NCBI RefSeq assembly: GCF_006345805.1
Contig: NC_043003.1
Location: 84,754,001 to 84,818,000 of the forward strand
Direction of reading: 5' to 3'
Length of the DNA: 64,000 nucleotides
From: Octopus sinensis
Taxonomy: Eukaryota
Below the pieces are notes generated by a model, which worked only from the letters and a program-made list of their open reading frames with translations, had not been told where the DNA came from and searched no databases. The translations under genes were made by a program, and so were the position numbers. Below are positions 57,651 through 63,505 of this stretch, one piece after another. Numbering within the stretch: the stretch's first letter is position 1; each line of letters begins with the position of its first letter.

Positions 57651-58986
57651 CCCGTGCGCGCGTGTGCCTGTGCGCGCGTGTGCCCGTGCGCGCGTGTGCC
57701 CGTGCGCGCGTGTGTTCATTTCAAGAAGTTACTGTACATCGTTAATATTTCGTATGGCTTCCCTTAGCTTGAATAATTGCTTCAATGCACATGGGAAGAG
57801 ATACGTACAAATCCTTCACCATCTTCACAGTTATGCCTTTCCATACTCTGTGGCTGAGCTCCCACAGCTCTTTAAGATTGCGTGGATTCTTCTGACGAAC
57901 TCTTCTCTTTAGTTCTGTTCACATTTGATCAATGATATTTAAATCAGGGGCCTGAGCTGGCCAATCTTTCAATACGGTAACACCTTCATCAGCCAGACTC
58001 TGTTGTGTTGCACGTGATCTGTGGCATGCAGCTCCGTCATACTGAAAAATCTCACCTTCATCCAAGTCTGGGATCAGATTGTTCTTCAGCAACTGGATGT
58101 ATTTGGCACTATTCAAGTTACCATCAATTTTAACAAACTTTCTTGAACCATCACTTTTTATGTATTCCCAAAGGATCAGACTCTTACCTCCAAACTTCAC
58201 TGTTTTCGTCGTGTAACGTGGATCGCTTTGCTTTCCTAGAGGCCTTCTGACAAATTCTCACTTATTAGAAAACGAAACCATGTTACACGAAGAAAACAGT
58301 GAAGTTTGGGGGTAAGAGTCTGATGCTTTGGGAATATATAAAAAGTGTTGCTTCAAGAAAGTTGATTAAAATTGGCGGTAAATATTAACGAAATATTAAC
58401 GTTGTACAGTAACTTCTTGAAATGAACATTATGTTATAAATTTTCATTATATACATTTCTCTGTTTTAAAACACTGTATCTTGATTGGTATATGTGAGGC
58501 GGCCGAAAACTTTTGCACGGCCATTTTTGGTGGCCGTCTTGCATCTTCCTCTCTCATTCAGAGTCCCTACTACAAAATATAATGATTAGGTATGGAAATG
58601 ACTCCAACGGAGCCAGTACTTCATCTGTAAAAAAAACGCGATGCGAAACATCCACTTATAATTTGGCAATTAGAAGAAATTCACAATAGTTTAAAGTGGC
58701 CGAAAACTTTTGCACGGTACTATACTTTTATTCGACTAAATGTTTTTTGAGATTTTTCTTTTAATATTTTTGATTAGATTTTTTTAGAATTTCAATTTTG
58801 GGAACAAAGCGGGAAGGAAACGAGTTTTATTTTTGTTTTGTTTTCCTCGGTTTATTTGTAGAATGGTCAAATGAGCAACATCTTGTTTGTATTTGTAGGA
58901 AGCATATGCGGTCCAATCAGCTTGGTTGCTGTAAAGAGTGAAGTCAAATATCTTACATCTCCGACCATCACAACACCTCACTACAG
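2502..58986 (+). CDS. Multi-exon gene (14 coding exons in window, 3'-incomplete) for a secreted/cell-surface tandem-CUB protein: signal peptide + CUB1-4 + start of CUB5
   Basis: Exons 2502-2562, 10617-10704, 31956-32080, 33111-33266, 36146-36242, 38740-38864, 41439-41591, 44416-44506, 47943-48067, 51795-51944, 54373-54466, 54722-54846, 55561-55713, 58899-58986 join via GT-AG introns into one stop-free frame (543 codons + 2 nt). The frame carries repeated CUB motifs: C..SP.YP..Y, N..C.W.I, D.E....C..D.(V/L/I).IY.G, CG, F.(S/T/A)D, GF...Y. Confidence 0.9.
2960..3300 (+). mobile_element. Decayed Penelope-like GIY-YIG endonuclease fragment (same family as 62230-62720)
   Basis: agacagtaacaaagact..attaattgggaattaatttgtactgcaaaac..aatagatgtgacttatg is shared in reverse with 62400-62560; has W.LI...A...RCDLC motif. 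Confidence 0.6.
4438..4810 (+). mobile_element. SINE family A copy
   Basis: Same body and tail, with a deletion in the head. Confidence 0.8.
5270..5790 (-). mobile_element. Penelope-like element remnant: RT/thumb fragment fused to a hammerhead-bearing terminal repeat
   Basis: [33 protein letters not shown] and [24 protein letters not shown] are typical PLE RT C-terminal motifs and are followed on the same strand by the hammerhead repeat. Confidence 0.75.
5348..5383 (-). ncRNA. Minimal type I hammerhead ribozyme in a Penelope-type terminal repeat
   Basis: Minus strand reads GTTT-CTGACGA-A-GAGC TCC GCTC-GAAA-CGTT-AAAT, with palindromic stem III (ACGT) and a 4-bp stem I. Confidence 0.75.
6986..7678. 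repeat. Inverted pair of Penelope-type terminal repeats (~145-bp arms)
   Basis: 6986-7130 is the reverse complement of ~7543-7678. Confidence 0.8.
7089..7192 (-). ncRNA. Hammerhead ribozyme with a 13-bp stem II and long loop
   Basis: Minus strand reads TAAC-CTGATGA-GTGGCTATATTTA...TAAATATAGCCAC-GAAAC-ACGT-GTC-GTTG, a canonical core with a GUC site. Confidence 0.75.
7686..8166. repeat. Foldback/MITE-like element with ~125-150-bp inverted arms
   Basis: GGAAAAATGCGAGCATGAAAAGTAATATTCTTAAGATTATA...AGTAAAGTAAAGAATAAGAAAC and its reverse complement at 8045-8166. Confidence 0.75.
9445..10300 (-). mobile_element. R4/Dong-clade CCHC-RLE fragment interrupted by a SINE at 9614-9977
   Basis: [29 protein letters not shown] on one side of the SINE and [24 protein letters not shown] on the other. 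Confidence 0.65.
9614..9977 (+). mobile_element. tRNA-derived SINE family A (internal TA/TG microsatellite, GAGTAAAA tail)
   Basis: A/B-box-like head GGAGTGGCTGTGTGGTAAG...GGTTCAGTCCC; degenerate TSD GACATTCA/GATATTCA; many copies in the window. Confidence 0.85.
10617..10704 (+). CDS. Exon 2: CUB1 part A ([28 protein letters not shown])
   Basis: Acceptor ttttattttcAG, donor GTAAGT, phase 1->2; carries the first CUB Cys and the FP..Y motif. Confidence 0.85.
11562..11953 (+). mobile_element. SINE family A copy (near-identical to 9614-9977)
   Basis: Same head, body and tail. Confidence 0.85.
13255..14960 (-). mobile_element. Decayed R4/Dong-clade (RLE-type) non-LTR retrotransposon, 5'-truncated, ending in (TAA)n
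   Basis: IFQGD*LSP (~14690), LFYVDDLKL (~14580), YKYLG (~14420), [12 protein letters not shown]...LDRTRKVLT...RVYLPR, and [29 protein letters not shown] (~13400-13620); TAA repeats at 13227-13250. Confidence 0.8.
15480..15870 (-). mobile_element. Second R4-like RT fragment (heavily decayed)
   Basis: YKYIG motif at ~15855, with downstream RT C-terminal-like sequence containing many stops. Confidence 0.4.
16300..16960 (-). mobile_element. maT (DD37D)-like transposase N-terminal fragment
   Basis: [16 protein letters not shown]...RNP..SVRKL...[21 protein letters not shown]. Confidence 0.65.
17372..17406 (+). ncRNA. Minimal type I hammerhead ribozyme (same family as 5348-5383)
   Basis: GTTT-CTGAAGA-A-GAG CGATA CTC-GAAA-CGTT-AAAC. 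Confidence 0.75.
17823..18086. mobile_element. hAT (Charlie-type) MITE, 264 bp
   Basis: TIRs CAGTGGTTCCCAAA / TTTGGGTACCACTG; degenerate 8-bp TSD TTCTATAC / CTCTATAG. Confidence 0.75.
19150..19700 (-). mobile_element. Further decayed R4/Dong RLE fragment
   Basis: [25 protein letters not shown]...CILIDV resembles the ILWD..IQTD....NRPDI...IDV motif. Confidence 0.5.
19796..20130 (+). mobile_element. tRNA-headed SINE, third family
   Basis: GCATGGCTCAGTGGTTAGAGCGTC...GAGCTCGAATCCC head followed by CTTGAGCAAGACAC body; a related head lies at 2140-2240 (-). Confidence 0.7.
23220..25360. mobile_element. Possible non-autonomous hAT-like element with GTTAAC-rich subterminal arrays
   Basis: CAGAGGTGGGC...GCCCAGCTCCCT ends; clusters of GTTAAC/GTTAAT at 23245-23345 and 25205-25340 in inverted arrangement; no TSD seen. 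Confidence 0.4.
26434..26474 (-). ncRNA. Variant minimal hammerhead candidate (U3-A8 core)
   Basis: Minus strand reads ACTT-TTGACAA-TCTT TTACCG AAGA-GT-GAA-ACCGGT-T-AAGT; stems I and III are perfect. Confidence 0.45.
26505..26630. repeat. ~43-bp tandem repeat x3
   Basis: TTCAAAAAAGTTTTTTACATAATTGTCACATTG is repeated. Confidence 0.7.
27203..29220. repeat. Inverted duplication: 27203-27727 vs 28690-29220 (~525-bp arms, ~960-bp spacer)
   Basis: The irregular low-complexity sequence matches base for base in reverse complement, and the ORF track shows the same peptides on opposite strands. Confidence 0.85.
29355..30150 (-). mobile_element. Decayed Chapaev-3-like (CMC; Transib/RAG1-related) transposase, internally deleted
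   Basis: [80 protein letters not shown]. The superfamily assignment is from memory of these motifs. Confidence 0.65.
30800..31055 (+). mobile_element. Penelope-like GIY-YIG endonuclease fragment (second type)
   Basis: [40 protein letters not shown] ... [10 protein letters not shown], with frameshifts. Confidence 0.7.
31438..31815 (-). mobile_element. Tc1 (DD34E) 3' fragment with TIR CAGGGGTTGGACAAAATAATGGAAAC
   Basis: [12 protein letters not shown]...[13 protein letters not shown]. Confidence 0.75.
31956..32080 (+). CDS. Exon 3: CUB1 part B ([41 protein letters not shown]), 125 bp
   Basis: Acceptor tctttAG, donor GTGAGT, phase 2->1; has C.W.I and C..DYV.VY motifs. Follows a 21.25-kb intron. 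Confidence 0.9.
33111..33266 (+). CDS. Exon 4: CUB1 part C ([15 protein letters not shown]...[22 protein letters not shown])
   Basis: Acceptor tttctttAG, donor GTAACA, phase 1->1; has CG and GF..Y motifs. Confidence 0.9.
34130..34600 (-). mobile_element. Decayed maT/mariner transposase C-terminal fragment; a 60-bp piece of the same family lies at ~31825-31885
   Basis: Degenerate PNSP(E/D) motif; shared GTGTCTTTCTCAACCGTG(C/T)TCACTCGGGA(G/A)AATTAGGAAGTCA. Confidence 0.5.
35682..35799. repeat. 118-bp hairpin (~50-bp stem)
   Basis: GAAAATTCAGAAAATGGAG..GTAGCATTAATAT..TTATTAACTGCAAAA / exact-to-near reverse complement. Confidence 0.8.
36146..36242 (+). CDS. Exon 5: CUB2 part A ([31 protein letters not shown])
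   Basis: Acceptor tttttttgtcAG, donor GTTGGT, phase 1->2; has FTSPYYP..Y motif. Confidence 0.85.
37566..37800 (+). mobile_element. SINE family B (GAGCTGGCAGAAACGTTAGCACGCCGGGCGAAATG...GGGGTCGAT)
   Basis: Recurs at ~13050-13225, 18985-19150, 36327-36530, 38435-38640, 39762-40142, 52936-53150, 61580-61790 (+) and 8975-9060, 59100-59515 (-). Confidence 0.8.
38123..38410 (+). mobile_element. Non-autonomous Helitron2/Helentron (DINE-1/HINE-like) element
   Basis: Begins ACTAGCAGTATCGCCCGACGTTGCTCGGG (short hairpin) and ends CTTTTATATATAAAGAT; a related opposite-end fragment lies at ~2720-2880. Confidence 0.55.
38740..38864 (+). CDS. Exon 6: CUB2 part B ([41 protein letters not shown]), 125 bp
   Basis: Long polypyrimidine tract + AG, donor GTTAGC, phase 2->1; has W.I, F.DFDIE and C..DSI.IYDG motifs. 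Confidence 0.92.
39762..40142 (+). mobile_element. SINE family B, one full copy plus a tandem partial copy
   Basis: The GTTCTGAGTTCAAAT...GGTCGATAAATTAAGTACCAGTT block occurs twice (39830 and 40000). Confidence 0.8.
40238..40352. repeat. 115-bp hairpin/MITE
   Basis: CAAGTAGAAGGGTATATTTTTC...ATACTGAACAGTATATATAA / reverse complement with about 5 mismatches. Confidence 0.75.
40634..40940 (+). mobile_element. RTE-clade LINE 3' end
   Basis: [11 protein letters not shown]...LLLWKP...D..RDTG....[11 protein letters not shown] followed by (TGA)n tail. Confidence 0.8.
41439..41591 (+). CDS. Exon 7: CUB2 part C ([50 protein letters not shown])
   Basis: Acceptor tgttgcAG, donor GTGAGT, phase 1->1; has G.YCG, SSG, F.AD and GF.A.Y motifs. 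Confidence 0.92.
42215..42600 (-). mobile_element. Possible piggyBac 3' remnant (Cys-rich C-terminal domain)
   Basis: Cys/His-rich minus ORF 42249-42566 next to a TTAACCC end motif at ~42216. Confidence 0.35.
42720..42930 (-). mobile_element. RTE-clade LINE C-terminal fragment
   Basis: [41 protein letters not shown]. Confidence 0.7.
42975..43370 (-). mobile_element. tRNA-headed SINE, fourth family
   Basis: Minus strand GGCGCAATGGCCCAGTGGTTAGGG...GGTTTCGATTCCCAGACCGGGCG, then TTGAGCAAAAACACC body. Confidence 0.7.
43787..44155 (+). mobile_element. SINE family A copy
   Basis: Same head, body and tail. Confidence 0.8.
44416..44506 (+). CDS. Exon 8: CUB3 part A ([29 protein letters not shown])
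   Basis: Acceptor tattttcAG, donor GTATTC, phase 1->2; has C and SPDYP..Y motifs. Confidence 0.9.
44930..45350 (+). mobile_element. Probable Penelope-like 3' end with a degenerate hammerhead (CTGAGGC GGAC TAAC GGCC GAAACGTT at 45241-45267)
   Basis: LRMLHLGFN resembles the PLE C-terminal L.TL.P.GLN motif, and a hammerhead-like core follows. Confidence 0.45.
45360..46288 (-). mobile_element. Internally deleted Tc1/mariner element (maT/rosa-like)
   Basis: [41 protein letters not shown] and [13 protein letters not shown]; degenerate TIRs (AAAGGGCGGATGTTTTTGA / TCAAAAACGTCCGTCCTCTTTT). Confidence 0.7.
46931..47490 (+). ncRNA. Tandem (~304-bp period) repeat with a type I hammerhead ribozyme per unit; candidate non-LTR retrozyme
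   Basis: CTGATGA(47013)-GAGCC/GGTTC stem II-GAAAATCAATTA-AGG recurs 304 bp later as CTGATGT(47317)-GAACC/GGATC-GAAACTCGATTA-AGGAATCCA, and the flanking sequence is also repeated. Confidence 0.75.
47943..48067 (+). CDS. Exon 9: CUB3 part B ([41 protein letters not shown]), 125 bp
   Basis: Acceptor ttatttttcAG, donor GTTAGT, phase 2->1. Confidence 0.92.
48686..48739 (-). ncRNA. Type I hammerhead ribozyme
   Basis: Minus strand reads GTATCA-CTGACGA-AGGG...CCCT-GAAA-TCG-GTC-CGATAT. Confidence 0.65.
48938..49018. repeat. (GA)n microsatellite
   Basis: Direct reading. Many other microsatellites are present, e.g. (TA)n 843-900, 3752-3823, 7240-7285; (TCTA)n 15895-15998; (TATG)n 22934-23015; (TTA)n 38983-39077. 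Confidence 0.95.
50163..51434 (-). mobile_element. Full-length (1272 bp) inactive mariner, Hsmar1/cecropia-like, DD34D
   Basis: TIRs TTAGGTTGTCAAGAAAGTTCTTGC at both ends with TA TSDs (50161-62, 51435-36). ATG at 51244, then [37 protein letters not shown] and [13 protein letters not shown], with several stops and frameshifts. Confidence 0.92.
51795..51944 (+). CDS. Exon 10: CUB3 part C ([14 protein letters not shown]...[23 protein letters not shown])
   Basis: Acceptor ttttctttaaAG, donor GTATTC, phase 1->1; has WCG, FHTD and RGF.LSY motifs. Confidence 0.92.
52366..52857 (-). mobile_element. ~490-bp interspersed repeat (family C) with (TAA)n tail; also at 10918-11385, 39078-39560 and partial/opposite at 18465-18625
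   Basis: Three collinear copies (GAGAGAG..GCATGCCATCA...GCAAAT(C/T)T..GTAGCC), all abutting (TTA)n. Confidence 0.75.
54373..54466 (+). CDS. Exon 11: CUB4 part A ([30 protein letters not shown])
   Basis: Acceptor cttcatcAG, donor GTAAGT, phase 1->2. Confidence 0.9.
54722..54846 (+). CDS. Exon 12: CUB4 part B ([41 protein letters not shown]), 125 bp
   Basis: Acceptor ttttttccAG, donor GTAAGC, phase 2->1. Confidence 0.93.
55561..55713 (+). CDS. Exon 13: CUB4 part C ([17 protein letters not shown]...[23 protein letters not shown])
   Basis: Acceptor ttcttttcAG, donor GTAAGT, phase 1->1. Confidence 0.93.
56751..57075 (+). ncRNA. One full monomer (~309 bp, terminally redundant) of the same hammerhead-bearing repeat
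   Basis: CATATGTTACATATATA at 56751 and 57060; CTGATGA(56955)-GAACC CAATAA GGTTC-GAACAATCGATTA; collinear with 46931-47240. Confidence 0.75.
57715..58727. mobile_element. Tc1-like (DD34E) remnant: minus-strand transposase fragment joined head-to-head with an internally deleted plus-strand copy with an IR/DR-type end
   Basis: [36 protein letters not shown] (minus). 58280-58430 is the reverse complement of 58125-58225 and 57715-57755. GGCCGAAAACTTTTGCACGG occurs at 58501 and 58698. Confidence 0.8.
58899..58986 (+). CDS. Exon 14: CUB5 part A ([28 protein letters not shown])
   Basis: Acceptor gtatttgtAG, donor GTAGAT, phase 1->2; has C, YLTSP and Y motifs. No matching 125-bp part-B exon was found before 64000. 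Confidence 0.85.
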
Positions 58987-60094
58987 GTAGATACAGGGGT
59001 TTCTATTACTTTCACCCGATATTCGTAAATATTTTGGCAAAAGTTTCGAAATACAATGTAAATTTTAAGCATTCTTGAATTATTTGAAGTGTTATTGGTT
59101 TCAGATTTTGGCACCAAGCCAGCAAGTTTGGGAGAGGGGTTAAGATGATTACCGCGACACCAGTATTCAACTGGTACTTATTTTATCGACCCCGAAAGGT
59201 TTATGGCGGAATTTGAACTCAGAACGGGAAGATGGACGAAATGCCAATAAGCATTGTGGCCGACGTACAAACAATTCTGCCAGATCACCGTTTTAAATTT
59301 GCAGTATGATTGAACGAAATTAAGATGATTAATCCTTTTTAATTTTGGAACAAGGCCAGAATTTTAAGATGCGGTGCAAATTGATCACATCGATACCAGT
59401 ACTTAAGTGATACTTATTTTATCGACCCCGAAAGAATAAAAAGTAAAGTCGACCTCGGCGGCATTTGAAGTCATAACACAAAGAGCCTGATTCTGCCACC
59501 TCGCCGCCTTAAGACGATTAATTAACAGCAATTGCTTACTGATTTTTGCCAAATTCCGGCAATAATTTTGTGCATCATAAAAATATGTATATTAGTTAAT
59601 TAACCTCAAGCCCTCGCGTTCTTTTAGGCTGGAGCATACCCAGTTCCCATGGCGTATAAGCGACTGAAAATACAAAACTACCTCTTGAACGAGGCATAGC
59701 CAGTTGCAAGGTTAGCCCCACAACGCCACAACTAGCATCGGTTGCTGGGAGTACATATTTTCAAGGACGTAACGAGCCCCCCGGTCTAACATTGGTACCC
59801 ACAACCTTACGATCTGTCATGTGTATGTATATATAATTATGGATGTGTGTGTGTGTATGTGTGTTGCTGAAATTTATAGAAAAACAATAGACAAAGATGG
59901 GTGTACGAATAACGAGGAAGTGTATTAGTTCGACGCTCGGGAAAATGAAAAACGTCTTTTACGTTTCGAGCCTACGCTCTTCAACAGAAAGGAATATGAG
60001 AGAAAATAAACAGGGAGAGAATGAAAAATTGTAGATTTCAGCGGTCCAGCATGGTGAATACATATATATCGATATTATAAGACGCATGAGGTGG

Positions 60095-60230
60095 AAAGTT
60101 TTTTTCTTCGACCAAGCTGCACCACACTCGGACAAAGACCACTTTAACATCAGGTCTAGAAGATTCCCATTCAAGATAAAGAACTCGCAGCTTTCGAAGC
60201 AGACCTGGTGGGCATTATACTAAACCTGTG
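60095..60230 (+). mobile_element. Probable Penelope-like ORF N-terminal fragment
   Basis: IRRMRWKVFF ... KELAAFEADL motif. Confidence 0.45.
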
Positions 60231-60334
60231 AATCCTCATCCACCTTTTAACGTGTGTGTGTGTGTCTGTGTTTGTGTGTTTGTCTCTGTGTGTCTGTGTT
60301 TGTGTGTGTGTCTGTGTCTGTGTGTTTGTATCTT

Positions 60335-60742
60335 TAATCTTTTATTTCTTTCAGTCATTGGTTTGAGGCCTTGCTGAGTCACCGCCTTGAAAGGTTTAGT
60401 CGAACAAATCGATCCAGTACTTCATGTTTTTAAGTCTGGTACTTATGATACCGGTTTCTTTTAGCTGAACTGAACTACTAATTTATGGAGACATGAACAA
60501 ACCACCACCTGTCGTTTATCAAACGTTGGTGGAGTACAATCACAAGGATACACACATACATATACTTACGTATACATAAGAGGAGCTTCTTTCAGTTTCC
60601 GTCGACCAAATTCACTCACTTTGGCCGACCCGTGGTTACAGTGCAATAGTAGAAGACACTTACCCGAAGCGTCACACGGAGGGACTGAATCCAAGACCAT
60701 ATGATTGGGACGCAAACTTCTTAGCCACACAGATACGCCTGA
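60335..60742 (-). mobile_element. Older SINE family A copy; partial copies also at ~720-840, 5040-5210, 6566-6740, 9370-9442, 20480-20620
   Basis: Reverse complement of the family A head and tail with more divergence. Confidence 0.65.
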
Positions 60743-61055
60743 TGCTGGTAATCAGCTGATGATTCATAAGTTGTTACTTAGCGTTTCCGTCAATGAGTGT
60801 TCTTTCAGAGTGACCCAGAAATGAGAAATGTGTTATCTAAATGACTGCACGTGTTCGGAAGTTGCGTAAGGACAGAGTTAGTCATCAACTGGTTCGACTA
60901 CATTTATTGAGTTCTTCCCCACGTACGAAGCTTCAAACATCACACACGCACACACACACTAACACACACACACACACTCACGCACACACTCACGTACGCA
61001 TGCACACAATATAGTACATAATAATTTCATATTTAAAACAATATACTGAACAGTA

Positions 61056-61337
61056 GGATAGATATTAACAGTTATCGCCAAGCTAATATGGCAGTCCATA
61101 AATGTAGGAAGAAAGCTGCCGTTGATTAGCTCCAGGAGGCCATCGCCTCTAGCTAGCTATATGACACACGAACCTGTGTCCATTATAATGGTTATAATGG
61201 TTATAAAGGTTATAATGGACACAGGTTCGGTGTCATATAGCTAGCTAGAGGCGATGGCCTCTTGGAGCTAATCAACGCCAGCTTTCTTCCTACATTTATG
61301 GACTGCCATATTAGCTTGGCAATAACTGTTAATATCC
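61056..61337. repeat. Near-perfect ~280-bp palindrome (MITE-like) with a central (TTATAATGG)n and AGTA flanking duplication
   Basis: 61061-~61185 is the reverse complement of ~61210-61336 with about 4 mismatches/indels. Confidence 0.85.
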
Positions 61338-62229
61338 AGTACCGCTGCCGCAGAGAGACTTAGAAATAATAATATTTCTATAGTAATTATGTAATAATTA
61401 TTGCAAAGTTCATCGGGAATTGAAATCTAAATAGATATTTAGAACGAAGAAAAATATATGTGCATGCTCGAGTGTATGCACACACATATAAGTATAATTT
61501 ATTGCTCAATTATTGATGGATTTAACAAAAAAGTACTACATCTAGTGAGAGATGCATTTAATATATACAGGATTTGTGGCGGCGACTTAGTAGAAACCTT
61601 ATCACACCGGGCGAAATGCTTAGCAGTTTTCGTCCGTCTCTACATTCTGAATTCAAATTTTGCCGAGGTCGAATTTACCTTTCATCTTTTTGGGGTCGAT
61701 AAAATAAGTACCAGTTGAATACTAGAGTCGATGTGATCGACTTATCCCCTCTCTGGAATTGCTGGCCTTGTGCCAAACTTTGAAACCAAACAGAACTTAA
61801 ATTCAAGATACTTGTTGGTTCCTTCTTTTTTCTTTTACCTTCCTCTCTTCCATTTTCATTTTTCTGATTTTTTGGGGGGAGGTTTTGGTTCTATTTTTGT
61901 CTTTTAAAAAAGATATTTAAGCCTGAAAATTTACTTGGAAACACACAGCACTTTATACAAGCTTATCAAATTATTGTGAAACTAAGCATTAAAAATCATG
62001 TGTGACTTTAAATCCTGTGTATACTACTACTACTACGAAGTTGCATAGCATTACATTTAATTCTTTAATTTATATACCGCCTTACATAGACCAACACGTT
62101 TCAATTGCACCGATTAGTAACCGTTGCAATTGCAACCCTACTACAAAACCAGTATTGTTTCTTCAGGGTCTTTATTTCATATCCTCAGATTTAGTCGCTT
62201 GAAGGTTTTCTTTTATCTGCTCTGCGTTA

Positions 62230-62720
62230 TATAATGTAGAGCTGTCCGTTAAGTTAGACGCAAACAATCTCCATTTCAAGTTTTTATTGGATAATCATTT
62301 TAAGTCCATTATTTTAAAACCCTCTGTTGTTTAAATGATAATTATTCATTTATACTTGGCAAATGTGAATCTCGTCCTGTGCAAGCATCTCAATGCTTGT
62401 TCCTGTCTAGAACTTATTGCATTACCCTTGGATGTAAAATTCGGGTAAAATTCTTCTGAACATAAGTCACATCTATTGGTTCAGGGCCTGTATGGTTTTG
62501 CAGTACAAATTAATTCCCAATTAATAGTATAGTCTTTGTTACTGTCCTTAAAAGAGGATATTAATTTGCTAAGACTCATTTCGAACCTTTTATTTTTTGT
62601 CTTTAAATGAACTCAAATGATTTGCCAGTCTCCTCTTGAAAAGTAATGATGTCCCACCGATGTAAAAGAATCCCTTACCCTCAGATGTAACTACATCTAT
62701 ATATTACATTTTCAGTCTTA
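62230..62720 (-). mobile_element. Decayed Penelope-like GIY-YIG endonuclease fragment
   Basis: Minus frame YIDVVTSEGKGFFYIGGTSLLFKRRLANHLSSFKD, then [17 protein letters not shown]. Confidence 0.7.
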
Positions 62721-62935
62721 CACTTATTTTCTACATAACAGGATTCCCGTTTAGAACAATAAATAATGTGAGTGTATAGGGATAAAACTATCCTAGCGCG
62801 TACCGTGTTAGCTCTCTGAAACACGAGTCGGTCATTGTAATCGAATAATTATGCTGTACGACAAACTATAAAATTAAAAGAAAAAAATTTGATGATGTAC
62901 CTGTCTCTGTATTCTTTATAATTGTTTGAAATGTG

Positions 62936-62937
<2 letters not shown>

Positions 62938-63031
<94 letters not shown>

Positions 63032-63236
63032 TATATGTGTATATATATATATGTGTATATATATATGTATATATATATATATGTATATATATATATGTGT
63101 ATATATATATATGTATATATATATATGTATATATATATATATGTATATATATATGTATATATATATATAGTATATATATATATGTATATATATATGTATA
63201 TATATATATGTATATATATATGTATATATATATATG

Positions 63237-63315
<79 letters not shown>

Positions 63316-63346
63316 ATATATATATATATATGTGTATATATATATA

Positions 63347-63391
<45 letters not shown>

Positions 63392-63505
63392 ATATATATA
63401 TATATATATATGTGTATATATATATATATATATGTGTGTATATATATGTATATATGTATATATATATGTATATATGTATATATATATGTATATATATATA
63501 TATAC
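62938..63505. repeat. ~570-bp degenerate (TA)n/(TATG) microsatellite
   Basis: Direct reading; it produces the spurious YIYI ORFs. Confidence 0.95.

Noticed and set aside
58562-58670. Acceptor + open frame after CTCTCATTCAG
   Set aside because: It lies between the direct repeats of the Tc1 terminus and has no CUB similarity.
58862-58898. Alternative upstream acceptor (TTTGTAG) for exon 14
   Set aside because: It adds 37 nt, shifts the frame and hits a stop (TGA) within the exon.
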